From IMG/VR virus record IMGVR_UViG_3300027985_000843, positions 307,740-371,739 of that record: a DNA stretch of 64,000 bases; one strand, 5' to 3'. Shown here piece by piece: positions 18,423-28,661 of the stretch. Below the pieces are notes generated by a model. It made no database searches. It saw nothing but the letters and a program-made list of their open reading frames with translations, and was not told where the DNA came from. How positions within the stretch are numbered: position 1 is the stretch's first letter; each line of letters opens with the position of its first letter. The translations under genes were made by a program, and so were the position numbers.

Positions 18423-18469
18423 AGGCCCACCATACACCGGTGTATCCTCCCAGGAAAGGAGTTCCAACG

Positions 18470-18796
18470 ATGAGCGTTCTCGGCATTCTTCCCACAGGTG
18501 TCCTCCACAACCAGGAGACAGATAGGTACCATCCCATCGCCTTCCACCACTCTCCGCCGCCGTCGGGCGACCTGCCGAATGGTACCGGCCGGTACCGATC
18601 CGTTGGTCATCATACGAATGGCTTCGACACGAAAGCCGAAGCCGATGCATGGATCGAAAAGACTGAGAACATGTCCCCGATCAACAGCGTGTGGGAGTGG
18701 GACGGCAAGGGTTCCCCCGCTATGGTCATCTGGCTCAAGTGCGACACGAGCGTCCATTTCGAGGAAGCATGCAGCGAGAAATCAAAATCCTCTTGA
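18470..18796 (+). CDS. Hypothetical protein
   Basis: AAAGGAG SD; divergent from 18433 palindrome. Confidence 0.7.
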   Translation: MSVLGILPTGVLHNQETDRYHPIAFHHSPPPSGDLPNGTGRYRSVGHHTNGFDTKAEADAWIEKTENMSPINSVWEWDGKGSPAMVIWLKCDTSVHFEEACSEKSKSS

Positions 18797-19584
18797 ATCA
18801 CTCGGACTTCGAAGTGTCCAAGACGAACCGGACCGACGCCGGCCAGTGGTTCGTGATGACGAGCCCCGACTACCACTTAGGGGACCGTCTTCAGGCGGAA
18901 GCCTCAAAGGTGAGGGCGCCGAACCGAGAAGGCGTGTTGACGCTGGTCTTCGAGAATCTGGACGGCACCCGCTGGGCTGACCACGAGGATCTGCTGATTC
19001 CGGCCGACGAATTCTGGGCCACTACCTACAAGTACAAGGGCGAGGAGCGCCCCGTCAATGCCAACCGCAAGAGCTGGACCTTCTCTCGGGGTTGGATCAA
19101 GTGCAAGGTGAGTGCGGCCAAGAAGCACTATCCCGAGATTTTCGTTGTTCCCACAGTGGATGAGATCCTACACAACGTCAGCATCCTCAGGCCGAGCCCA
19201 GTTCAGCGAGCACTGGCAAAGCTGCACGACGCCTTCGGCTACCCTCGCATTGCTCGTGTCACCTTCGACGTCCTCATGGAGCATGTCTCATGCAGTGCAA
19301 GCTAACTCATCGATACGACAGCACTTTTGCAAGCCTCCCGGACGACCAGGGAGGTGAGGGCCGCCACAAGTGTGCCGGCTGTGCCTACGCGAAGGGCTAT
19401 CAGCAGGGCCTTGCGCTCCAAAGCACCATGATCCTTGACCTCCGGAAGCTTCCAGATTCCCAGGCGGGGTCCGTTCGGCACAAGAGTCCTCACGCAGCCT
19501 TCGCTCTGGGCTATCTTCACGGAGTCATGGCCCGGTATGGAACGAAAGATCCGAACCTATCTGTCACTCGAACGTAGTATCAAC

Positions 19585-20061
19585 ATGGAACCTCGCTACG
19601 AACACCGCTGTGAGACTTGCGTCTTCCTTGGGCACCACGAAGACAAGGACCTGTATTGGTGCGCATCGAAGTCGAACCGCAGGCTGGACTCCATTATCGC
19701 TCGCCTGTCGAGCGAGCCTTCTGACTACCTGAGCAGTCACCCGCCTGGGGCCTTCGCCGGCCCGCCCCTGCCGCAATCCTGGTACGTCGCCGCCCTCAAG
19801 GCGGCCGAAGCCAAGGGCCTGTACGACCCCAAGGTGCAAGGATGGGTCCAGGACAGGGGTTGCATCGCCTGCGGCCATAAGTGGGTCGCAGAGTACCCTT
19901 ACGGGTCCACAGAGCAGTCTCCTGAGAAGTGCCCGGAGTGCGGGAGCTTCAAGACCTACCACGACAACGAATGCCAGTGGTGCGACGGCACTGGGTTCAC
20001 CCCCACTGGTATCATGTGCCACACCTGCCATGGCTCGGGAGAGAAGGCCAGGCGTGCCTAA
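19585..20061 (+). CDS. Hypothetical protein with multiple CxxC zinc ribbons
   Basis: Class I promoter at 19551; CIAC, CPEC, CQWC, CHTC. Confidence 0.75.
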   Translation: MEPRYEHRCETCVFLGHHEDKDLYWCASKSNRRLDSIIARLSSEPSDYLSSHPPGAFAGPPLPQSWYVAALKAAEAKGLYDPKVQGWVQDRGCIACGHKWVAEYPYGSTEQSPEKCPECGSFKTYHDNECQWCDGTGFTPTGIMCHTCHGSGEKARRA

Positions 20062-20566
20062 GTTTGTAGACATACCTCAGCTCCCGTCGGCCGCCTACCA
20101 GGTGGATGTTCCGTGGGGTTACCTTCGAAGGCATCTCGAATGCGGCGTCGAGATCAATCTCACCCCGGACTATCAGCGAGGACATATATGGTCCACGAAG
20201 AAGCGGGCAGCCTTCGTCGAGTATGGGCTCATGGGAGGCGAAGCGGCCCGTACCATTGTCACCAATTGCCCGGGATGGATGGCTGACTTCAGGGGGCCCT
20301 ACGAGCTGGTGGACGGCCTCCAGCGAGTCACGAGCGTGCTCATGTTCTTGGACAACAAGTTCAAGGTGTTCGGACACTACTTCCAAGACTTCGAGGACAG
20401 CAAGCTCTTCAGGTCACGATCCCGGCCGTTCTTCAGTTGGCAGGTCTTGAGCCTGCCGACTCGCAAAGAGGTCTTGAACCTCTACCTCCTGCTCAACAGC
20501 GGAGGAGTCGTGCACAGCCCCAAAGAGATTGCTCGGGTCAAATCTCTGTTGGCCGACGAGAAATAA
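20054..20566 (+). CDS. Stand-alone DUF262 (ParB-like/GmrSD N-terminal) domain protein
   Basis: PDYQRGHIW and ELVDGLQRVTS signatures. Confidence 0.8.
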   Translation: MPKFVDIPQLPSAAYQVDVPWGYLRRHLECGVEINLTPDYQRGHIWSTKKRAAFVEYGLMGGEAARTIVTNCPGWMADFRGPYELVDGLQRVTSVLMFLDNKFKVFGHYFQDFEDSKLFRSRSRPFFSWQVLSLPTRKEVLNLYLLLNSGGVVHSPKEIARVKSLLADEK

Positions 20567-20600
20567 CCGAACTGGTTGAGCTGGCCGTCGTAGTACAGGC

Positions 20601-20833
20601 ATGAAGAAGCTCAACTGGAAAGCCTCGGACCTCAACGACAAGAAGATCAGATTCTATCACGCGTCCTTCGGTAAGACGCAGCTTCACATGAGCTTCTTCG
20701 CCGGCAAGGAGAAGAGCCTAGGTGGGAGATCAACTCGGACAGCCGGACCATCTGCTCGGCTCCGACCCGCAAGGAAGCTGAGGAGAAACTGGCTCAGGCG
20801 ATTGCGAACACCTGGGGCTTCATGGCTCTGTAG
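20601..20833 (+). pseudogene. Small gene with apparent frameshift near 20710
   Basis: After FFAGKE the protein-like reading (EPRWEINSDSRTICSAPTRKEAEEKLAQAIANTWGFMAL*) is in another frame ending at TAG 20833, next to the SD of the next gene. Confidence 0.5.
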
Positions 20834-21361
20834 GAGGAACGGATCATGCTACGCGGAACCCCGACTGAAGCTTTGGTGATGCGGCACAAGACCTCCGGTC
20901 GAGAAGCCAGCCCCTACGGCTCGGCCCCTTGGACGGGAGCCCAGGGCGACACGGAAGCCGACTGGGAAATGGTCCAGGTGGGATGGACGGTTCGCTGGAA
21001 CGACGGAACCATCGGCCTTCGGGTGCGGCCTCCCATGGCCTCCCAAGAGGAGGTCGAAACTTTTCTCCGAACCACTGGCCGATTGGAGGCGTAGTACAGT
21101 CATGGAAACAACGCTAGACCGAGTGGAATTCGTTCAACGTAGGATCGCTGAGAGGCTGGAGATTGCCAAGACGCTTCGGGAGCGGGCAGCAGGTCTTAAT
21201 GAAACTGATCCCGAGTCGGCTGAAGACTATCGCCGTCGAGCAGACGACGCGGAGTCTGTAGCTCTGGGTCAGAGGTCTGTTCTTTTGACTCTGTTCCCCC
21301 ACCTGGATCTATAGCCCAACGATTTTTCCGAACTCTTTCGGCCGGCCGTCGTAGTACGAGC

Positions 21362-21733
21362 ATGACGACCTCAACTGAGAACACCGCCTCCTGGAAGCAA
21401 CTGGCCGAACAAGCGTGGGACGCTTGTGAGGACAGAGAGTTGACGGTTGACGAAAAGGTGGCCCTGGTGGCGGAAGCCATCACCATCCAGTACCTGGAAA
21501 AGAAGGGCTACCGTAGCCTGGATTTCGCTTACCTGTCTTCCTGCTCTTGCCTCTCCGTCCGAGAGATGTCGGCCATCTGCCGCCATCATCTGGACAAGGT
21601 GGCTGCTCACCTCGGTGGCATCGCCCTCTCCTACCGCAAGGGCGAGTATGAGGGCAGCGGGCGCGGCGCCTTCGGTCGACTCAGTGGCGGCCGCCGAGCC
21701 CATTACAGCAAGCCTGGCCTGGTCATCGGTTGA
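21362..21733 (+). CDS. Hypothetical protein, paralog of 15357..15707
   Basis: Class I promoter; shared motifs. Confidence 0.8.
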   Translation: MTTSTENTASWKQLAEQAWDACEDRELTVDEKVALVAEAITIQYLEKKGYRSLDFAYLSSCSCLSVREMSAICRHHLDKVAAHLGGIALSYRKGEYEGSGRGAFGRLSGGRRAHYSKPGLVIG

Positions 21734-21773
21734 TTTCTCCGAACTCGCACCCTCCGAAGAGCGTAGTACGACC

Positions 21774-21989
21774 ATGAACACCACGACCACGATGAACTAC
21801 GAATCCGCTGCCCGCCAAGTCCGACAGGCAGCCCGCACCGCAGCGTATCACACGGACGTCCGATTCACCTACGCAGACGTGGCCGCCATGTGCGTTCCTG
21901 GCCTCTCGCCCCGCTTCATCTGCGAACAGGCAGAGCTGGCCGGCTTCCCCTGCTGGACCTCAGCCCCCGACGAAGCCTGGAACCCCTGA
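21774..21989 (+). CDS. Hypothetical protein
   Basis: Class I promoter; MNTTTTMNYESAARQ... Confidence 0.7.
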   Translation: MNTTTTMNYESAARQVRQAARTAAYHTDVRFTYADVAAMCVPGLSPRFICEQAELAGFPCWTSAPDEAWNP

Positions 21990-22254
21990 AATGCTGGCTG
22001 GCTACAAGGTCCTATGATCTCGCCGTCGAGCCTCCCACCCACTCAAGACCACGCCACCCTTTTCGACACAGCAGCTCCGAAGGGGCTCCGCCCCCAAGCC
22101 ACTCCGTGTAGCGGCGAACACCAAGAGGTTGCCGTCCAACTTCTCCAGTTCTTCGATCAGCTCGCGCACCGTTAGTTGTTGCTTCATACGATAGATGGAG
22201 CCCGAGCCACCGAGAATGGAAGCCGGAATCGACTGCCCGGTGTATCTTGCCCCC

Positions 22255-22860
22255 ATGAGCCGACTACCTCGCATGGGGAACGAACCCCTTCCCACCAACG
22301 AGAACATCCGTCGTAACTTCCGGTGTTCTCTTGGGTGGCACGACACCGAAGAAGTATCCGAAAGGCACGTCGCCGTCGACCCGCCCCCGCCAGATCACCC
22401 ACCCTACCCGTCTCACAACCACATTCATGTCAAGCGGCACAAGACCGTGTACCCTGTCGTGGGCTTCAACGAGACGATTTTTCGGTGCCGTCGGTGCAAC
22501 GAGAAGTGGATACAGCGAAGGGCAGTGCACGGAAACGCGGAGACGCGCACCTGGTGGGACACCATCCAGCTCCCCATCAATGGGATCGAGCTGCCGGAGA
22601 TTGTACTTCCTCCGTATGCCGTCGACTTGCTCACGTGGCACAGCGTTGACAACACCACCGCTAACATCCCGTTCCTCACCCCTCTGTTGGTCGTCGACCA
22701 TAACGGCTACCTCGATCTGTACCTTTTCAACGGCGAGTGTCAGTGGCTTCGGTATCGGAAAGGTGGCCGTGTGACGCCGCCCACCCACTGGATGCGCCCC
22801 CCAGACGTCTTCGTCAGCCACGACCCGAGCGAAGGACCTCCGGAGCCCGACAATGTCTGA
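22255..22860 (+). CDS. Hypothetical protein with C-terminal DUF551-like THWM motif
   Basis: Class II promoter; PTHWMRPP. Confidence 0.65.
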   Translation: MSRLPRMGNEPLPTNENIRRNFRCSLGWHDTEEVSERHVAVDPPPPDHPPYPSHNHIHVKRHKTVYPVVGFNETIFRCRRCNEKWIQRRAVHGNAETRTWWDTIQLPINGIELPEIVLPPYAVDLLTWHSVDNTTANIPFLTPLLVVDHNGYLDLYLFNGECQWLRYRKGGRVTPPTHWMRPPDVFVSHDPSEGPPEPDNV

Positions 22861-23212
22861 TCTGTACTCTGCGGCCGACAGGCTGAACGAATTGATCAAA
22901 CGAGCCGAGCATATCTTCGGAACCATTGGTGTGTCTGGAGATATTTGGCTGACGTTCACCGCCACTGTCAGTGGTCGACTGGCCTTCAAGAAAGTCCGTC
23001 ACGAGTGGAAACTCATGTGGATCGTCGGTGACAATGAGTCCCCCTTGACCAACACAAGCCTGGAACTACGCCTGTTCACCGTAGGCTATCTGCCGAATCT
23101 GTATGAAACAATCATACGTAACCGGCAGAACATCACGAAGGACATCGAGGGAGCCAACGCCTCCTTGGAAGCCTTCCTGGACCGCATCGAGGAATCCAGC
23201 AGTGTTCACTGA
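22853..23212 (+). CDS. Hypothetical protein
   Basis: Overlap with upstream gene; track ORF. Confidence 0.65.
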   Translation: MSDLYSAADRLNELIKRAEHIFGTIGVSGDIWLTFTATVSGRLAFKKVRHEWKLMWIVGDNESPLTNTSLELRLFTVGYLPNLYETIIRNRQNITKDIEGANASLEAFLDRIEESSSVH

Positions 23213-24525
23213 TTTCAAGCCCACCAAGCCGGTCGAATACCGTCAGATCCTAGAGGGTAACTTGCCGGCCGGAGTCACATCCGAACCCATGCATGACTTC
23301 AATGGGCTGATCGAGGGGAGCACCCGCCTCATCGGGTTCGGGGCAACACTCATTGCTCAACGGATCGACCTCCCCGGCCTGGGAGACCTCGTCCAGTTCG
23401 AGCCCGCCGACCAGCTGGAGTCAGACAAGCGAAGGAACCGCTTGCTGCAAGCCCTCGCCGATCACTTCAGGACGGAGATCCGGAACGTGAGCGGGGACAC
23501 GGTTTTCCAGCATGTCACCTGGGAGGACGTCTACATCCTCGGGTTCTACGATGCCAGTGGGCGGGGTTACTTCACCAGTTGGACTGGTGATGCGCCCGTC
23601 ATCCACGTCGTTGTCACAGGGTGTCGCCACACCATCCGCGACCCCTTCCCCTTCTTGGCAACGCACGTGCCCTCGGGAGCGGGGATTCATTCCATTCCGC
23701 CCGGATGGGATGAGAAAGACTACGCGGAGGAACTGGGAGGTGTCCGGGCCTTTGGCTGGTACCTCCCCGGAACTGTGCGCCGTACACAGTCTCGGGGCTA
23801 GTTGGGCTTGGGCTTGACGTACCCGCACACGGGGCAGGTATCTACGAAGACCCCATTCCCTAGGAAGGGGTGCAGCGTCGCTTCGCAAAGCGGTTTGGTG
23901 GGCGGCCTTCGAGCCGCTGCCCGAATCCTGCCCACCATCACACGGGACATGCAACTCATGCACATGTGAACACCTTCTTTGGTCACCAGAACCTTTTTCG
24001 TCTCACCACATTTTTCGCAGGCCATACTCGAACCATACACCGGAGGCAGTCATGCCAGTTTGGGTAGTTTTGCATGAAACCGCTCGCGTGGGCGACACGA
24101 TTCAGATCAGGGACAACCCGCCCAGGTGGGTCGCAGAGGTCGAGATGAAGGTACCTATCGGCACTCAGTTGCTCAACCGAGACATCCGCAGGGACAATCT
24201 TCGATGGCCCTTCCTCAATCCAACACCACTGTTGCCGGAGGTTCCCCTCTGCCACGCGCGTCTTGTGGCTAGCCCGCCAAACCCTGTCGGTGTATGTTGG
24301 GCGTGTGACGCCAGCTAGGAGCAAGCCGTGCCAACCCTCTTCTGTGTTGACTGCTACGCCCACAACGACAAGCCGCTCATTGTCGAATCTCCCGACGATA
24401 AGCTCACGATCAAGTGCGACCGAACCTGTGATGGAGACGGCCCTGTCACGGACGAAGACGGGCTGAGGAAAATCCGACGAGACAAGAATCCAAAGAAGAC
24501 AACGGCGCCGGTGTAGGGTTCCCTC

Positions 24526-25392
24526 ATGGGAACCTTCAACGCCACCTGCTGTGTGTCCAGTCTGCCAATCCTCGAAGGCGAGCCCGCCGTAGAGATTCTC
24601 CTCCTGCCCGGCAGGACTCACCCACACAAGGAAGCTTGCTTTCCCACCCTCGGAAGCTACTCTGGGTCCAGTCACGGTCCCGGGTCCTTCTACCGCCCAT
24701 TCCTGTGGCCCATCCACGGGATCTATGGAAGTGCCGGCTCTCTGTTCGCTGAGTACGAGGACGACCCCCAGCCCACGGTAGCAGTTCCCGAGCTGTTCGA
24801 GCGTCTCCTGTTTCAGTCGCTGAGGCACACCGCCGAGATGATTCCGGAAGGGGACTCGCCCGAGTATGTCCAGTGCGAGCCTATGTCGCTGAACGAGCTG
24901 CTCAAGCGAAGGGCCTACTTCCACCATCCTGTCAAGATCGACACCTCGTTCGGGTGGATGCCCCTGTACTCAACTCTCGTTCGCAAGGACATCTGGGACG
25001 CCCTCCAGGGCCTCGCTTTCGAAGAGATCCATGAAGGGGCTGAGGAGTACCTCCGCGACATGAAGAAGCCGGCGGGTCTGGCAGAAGCTCTCAGTCGAAC
25101 GGCGTCGCTGGAGGGGTGGGACAACATGTTCTGCCATGTGTTGTATCCGTACGGGATAGTGGGCATCGACAGGCACCTGCTGGAAGTGCCCCTGCAAGAC
25201 GCCCAGAAGGTCGTTGCTGCCCTCGTCGAGCTGCTCCACGTCGACGCACACATGGACTTGCTCCGGAAGCACTGGGGGCCCATGACGGGGGCGGGGAGCC
25301 AAGATGACGAGTTCGACGCCCACGTCCGGTTTGCCGACATCGTTCGGAAGATTGCGGTCACCAAGCGTGACGAATTGTCCGAACGATACTGA
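24526..25392 (+). CDS. Hypothetical protein (MG.FN.TC.VS.LPI..G phage-type N-terminus)
   Basis: Class II promoter; 288 aa. Confidence 0.75.
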   Translation: MGTFNATCCVSSLPILEGEPAVEILLLPGRTHPHKEACFPTLGSYSGSSHGPGSFYRPFLWPIHGIYGSAGSLFAEYEDDPQPTVAVPELFERLLFQSLRHTAEMIPEGDSPEYVQCEPMSLNELLKRRAYFHHPVKIDTSFGWMPLYSTLVRKDIWDALQGLAFEEIHEGAEEYLRDMKKPAGLAEALSRTASLEGWDNMFCHVLYPYGIVGIDRHLLEVPLQDAQKVVAALVELLHVDAHMDLLRKHWGPMTGAGSQDDEFDAHVRFADIVRKIAVTKRDELSERY

Positions 25393-25412
25393 CCGACCAG
25401 CGTAGTAGAGCT

Positions 25413-25613
25413 ATGGATATCGAGAAGCTAGCGTCCAGGCCGAACGTCCAGGCCGAAGCTGTCGTAAACTTCCTGTCGTCCCTCGAAGGGCTCACCTACC
25501 AAGAGGCCGTCGCGAACTGCGAGTGCGACGCCCAGTCCTACGGGTGGAATCACGAGACCTCTGGGGCCATCCGGGAAGGGCTCGTCCAGCACTACTTCCG
25601 CGACAATCGCTGA
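25413..25613 (+). CDS. Hypothetical protein
   Basis: Class I promoter. Confidence 0.7.
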   Translation: MDIEKLASRPNVQAEAVVNFLSSLEGLTYQEAVANCECDAQSYGWNHETSGAIREGLVQHYFRDNR

Positions 25614-25622
25614 GTCCGGTGT

Positions 25623-26822
25623 ATGGTCCAGGCCATGACTAAGTGGATCAGCACCAAGGACAAGGACAAGCTACCCGAACCAGGAACGGGCGTTCTCGCC
25701 CTCATAGACGGAGTCCCCACGACCATGAAGTGGGACGGCATTCAATGGGTACGGGAAGGGGGCTTCCCCTCTCCCCCCACTCACTGGATGCCTCTGCCCG
25801 AGCTACCGAAAGGGGTGGTTGGCAAGTACCCGAAGACTCCGAAGGTCAAGAAGCCTCCCAGGGCCAAGGCTACATTTCTGCTGGTGTTTCAGGCCGTTCT
25901 CGCTGCGTCGGCCGAGGGGCCGTCTACTATCTCTGGCATCGATCGGTACCTCACTCGTAAGGGCGTCAATCTGTCGTCAGCAAGTCGCATCCTCAAAACA
26001 CTGCATCAATGCAACATTCTCTCGGAGAGCGAGAGCCGCTACGCCGTCGCCCCCGAGGCACGCTTCGTCTACGAATGGCTTGAGGGCTTGACCCGCCCCC
26101 TCTCCCTAGAAGCCATTCGGCGGGCAGGAGAGGCCCAATACGGCTCTCGAAAGATGGACATCATCATCATCGCTCTGCACGAGGCCGGGATACTCCAGTA
26201 CGTCGAGCACGACAGCAATGAAATCAAGGGATTTTTGATCAACGGGGTGGAACCGACCTTCCAAGACGAGGCTGGAGCCGAAACGATCGAGCCCCTGATC
26301 TTCAAAATCCTCACCACGAGGAAACTCACTCAGAAAGAAGCGATCGTCCGATTCGTGCACGTAGGGAGCGGAGCTTCGTTCGTGTCAGTCCTGAGCTACT
26401 GCGACGGGTTGATCGACAAGGGCATCGTCGCTCGGGATGACTTCGGACAGTGGCGGTGGGTCGGGAAGCCTTCCAGGGTCCGGGAGGGTGCGGACACGCC
26501 GCCCATGTGGCGGGTAGAATCAGTTCTCGCCCCTGAGCCTGCTCTTGAGCCACCCGCCCCGGATATCTCTGAATCGTGGAAGGCCGCCATTCAAAGCGTC
26601 CACCCCAACGACCTGTTCGTGATCTTCCGCTACCCAACGAACGGCCACATTTCTCGTATCCAGCGCATCCCGGGGGACACTCCCGTGTCCAAGCTGTCGG
26701 TCGAGTCGCGATCCGAATACATGACCGGCTACCAAGTCAGGTTCATGTTGTATTCCACCGCAGAAGCCCTAGGGCACGTCTTCCGAACTCCTGGCGCGGA
26801 ATTCGATCTGCATACGCCCTGA
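25623..26822 (+). CDS. DUF551-like N-terminus plus probable winged-helix repeats (start probably ATG 25636)
   Basis: WIST....P...PTHWMPLPELP; LSSASRILKTLHQCNIL. Confidence 0.6.
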   Translation: MVQAMTKWISTKDKDKLPEPGTGVLALIDGVPTTMKWDGIQWVREGGFPSPPTHWMPLPELPKGVVGKYPKTPKVKKPPRAKATFLLVFQAVLAASAEGPSTISGIDRYLTRKGVNLSSASRILKTLHQCNILSESESRYAVAPEARFVYEWLEGLTRPLSLEAIRRAGEAQYGSRKMDIIIIALHEAGILQYVEHDSNEIKGFLINGVEPTFQDEAGAETIEPLIFKILTTRKLTQKEAIVRFVHVGSGASFVSVLSYCDGLIDKGIVARDDFGQWRWVGKPSRVREGADTPPMWRVESVLAPEPALEPPAPDISESWKAAIQSVHPNDLFVIFRYPTNGHISRIQRIPGDTPVSKLSVESRSEYMTGYQVRFMLYSTAEALGHVFRTPGAEFDLHTP

Positions 26823-26829
26823 CCGGTGT

Positions 26830-27204
26830 ATGGTCCAGGCCATGAAGCAATTCAGCCTTGAGTTGTTCGCCAACGCCTTCACGCTCGTGGAAGCCCAGGA
26901 GAGCTTCGTGCACATCGTCATGGGGCACCCTCAGAGCCTCAAGGCCATGGTTGCGATCATCAGCGCCATCCAGAAGGATGCCGTGAAACATAGGACCGTG
27001 TGGGACGCCCTCATCGTCGAGAACGAAAGCATGCGTCGCGGCGTTCTTCATCTGAGGTCGAGCATCTACAGCCGCCCCAAAGTAGCATCCCTCGCAGTGC
27101 CGGGCCCGGTCATCGAGGCGAGCCTTCAGCAGCTGACCAAACTGCCGGTAAGGCTGGACGAACACCCCGGGAGTCATTGGACCCTCAAGGTAGACTTCAA
27201 TTGA
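26830..27204 (+). CDS. Hypothetical protein (start probably second ATG, 26842)
   Basis: Class II promoter identical to that at 25618. Confidence 0.7.
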   Translation: MVQAMKQFSLELFANAFTLVEAQESFVHIVMGHPQSLKAMVAIISAIQKDAVKHRTVWDALIVENESMRRGVLHLRSSIYSRPKVASLAVPGPVIEASLQQLTKLPVRLDEHPGSHWTLKVDFN

Positions 27205-27320
27205 CGCTGATTGTTAACGGCCACCCCGCTTCTCTGACCGAGTGGCTTGCAACGCAGCACTCTGACCCCAAGGTTCAAGTTGCGGCCGGCTGGATGATTA
27301 TCGAAACAAGGCTACGGCAC

Positions 27321-27599
27321 ATGATCAAACCAGGCAGCATCTATCAGCATTTCAAGGGCGAATACTACTACGTCGTCGGTCTGGCAAAGCACAGCGAGAC
27401 GGGCGAGGTCATGGTTGTCTACCGGCACTCAGGACAAGCTGACGTGGAGAACGAAGACGGCACTCTGCGAAAAGTCTTCGTGAAACCCGGCCCCTACCAC
27501 GAGACATGGGTCCGCCCCCTGTCCATGTGGGCTGAACCCACCGACCGGTGGCCTGATGGCATCACTCGGCCACGGTTCGTCCTTGTCGAGGAGCCATGA
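27321..27599 (+). CDS. DUF1653 domain protein
   Basis: YQHFKGEYYYVVGLAKHSETGEVMVVYR...WVRPLSMW. Confidence 0.85.
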   Translation: MIKPGSIYQHFKGEYYYVVGLAKHSETGEVMVVYRHSGQADVENEDGTLRKVFVKPGPYHETWVRPLSMWAEPTDRWPDGITRPRFVLVEEP

Positions 27600-28109
27600 G
27601 GGAATCGCTCAAGAACTTCGCATACCTCCTCGCACTGGGGGCTATCGTCCTCGTGTCAGCAGCCCTTGCCCTGCTACTGCACCGTGGGTGCGTACAGTTC
27701 ATGTTGTCGTGAACCGAATCTTTGCCCCCTACATTCCATTGACGTGTGGCTTGACCCCCAGCCCTACCAGGAGGACGTTCAACGTGAGCAAGGAGCCAAA
27801 GAAGCCCAAGGGAGCTATGGCCGAAGCCCGCAAGCGACACCTCAACCAGCAAGCCGCTTCCGATGCCCTCAAGAGGCTCAGGGAAGGGTTGGAGGTCGAC
27901 GTGACTGCCTTCGGCATCGACCGCAAGCTTGCCACCTTCCACGTAAGGCCCATCGAGCACGGAGAAGACCCGGCCTTGTGGGAGCCCTTCCCCGGTCAGC
28001 TTGTGCTGTGCGTGTGTGGGCGCCGCCTCCGCGTCATGCATTATGTCTGGAAGGATGGCTTCAACGTGGCGGATTGTCGTGACGTCATACGACTCCCGGA
28101 AGAGCAGAT

Positions 28110-28547
28110 CTACGGGGTCGTGGACGACAAGAACCGCTGAACCACCCGGTGTGCCTTCTTGGCTTCCAGGTCGGACTCCATCTTGTCCAACGCCTCGTAA
28201 TACTTGGGCGACTCGGCCAAGTGATCCAAGACGATCTTCTCAGCCAGCTCACGATCCTTCGTATGCTCCAACTCGACCTTGATCCCCTTCTCGATGGTCT
28301 CTTTGGGGAAGTCCTTGGCCGAGACCCCTTCTTTCTCCGCCCGGCCGCCAGGATTGACCTTGGACCGCTCGTTCATGGCCCACAGAGAAGCGTAGGCATA
28401 GATCTCGCTCTCCAGGACATGGGCATCCAAACCCAGATCCTCCGCGAGCTTGTGCACCTTCGAATCGTCGATGGGCTTGCCCTTGGCGTCGGCAAGAAGG
28501 TCAATGACCTTCTTTCGTCCCTCGTCCGTGAGCTTGGCAGTCTTCAT
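28110..28547 (-). CDS. DUF5661-like protein with C-terminal HRVVQRFL motif
   Basis: KGIKVELEHTKDRELAEKIVLDHLAESPKYYEAL. Confidence 0.8.
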   Translation of the reverse strand: MKTAKLTDEGRKKVIDLLADAKGKPIDDSKVHKLAEDLGLDAHVLESEIYAYASLWAMNERSKVNPGGRAEKEGVSAKDFPKETIEKGIKVELEHTKDRELAEKIVLDHLAESPKYYEALDKMESDLEAKKAHRVVQRFLSSTTP

Positions 28548-28661
28548 ATCCAACCCAAGCAACAAGAAGATCTGGTGTACCTTTCCGGGTAGTCGTCCGT
28601 TCTGCGATCGAAAGAGTGAGCACTTCCGTACCCGATGGCCGTATTCTAATGCGAGGTCGAC

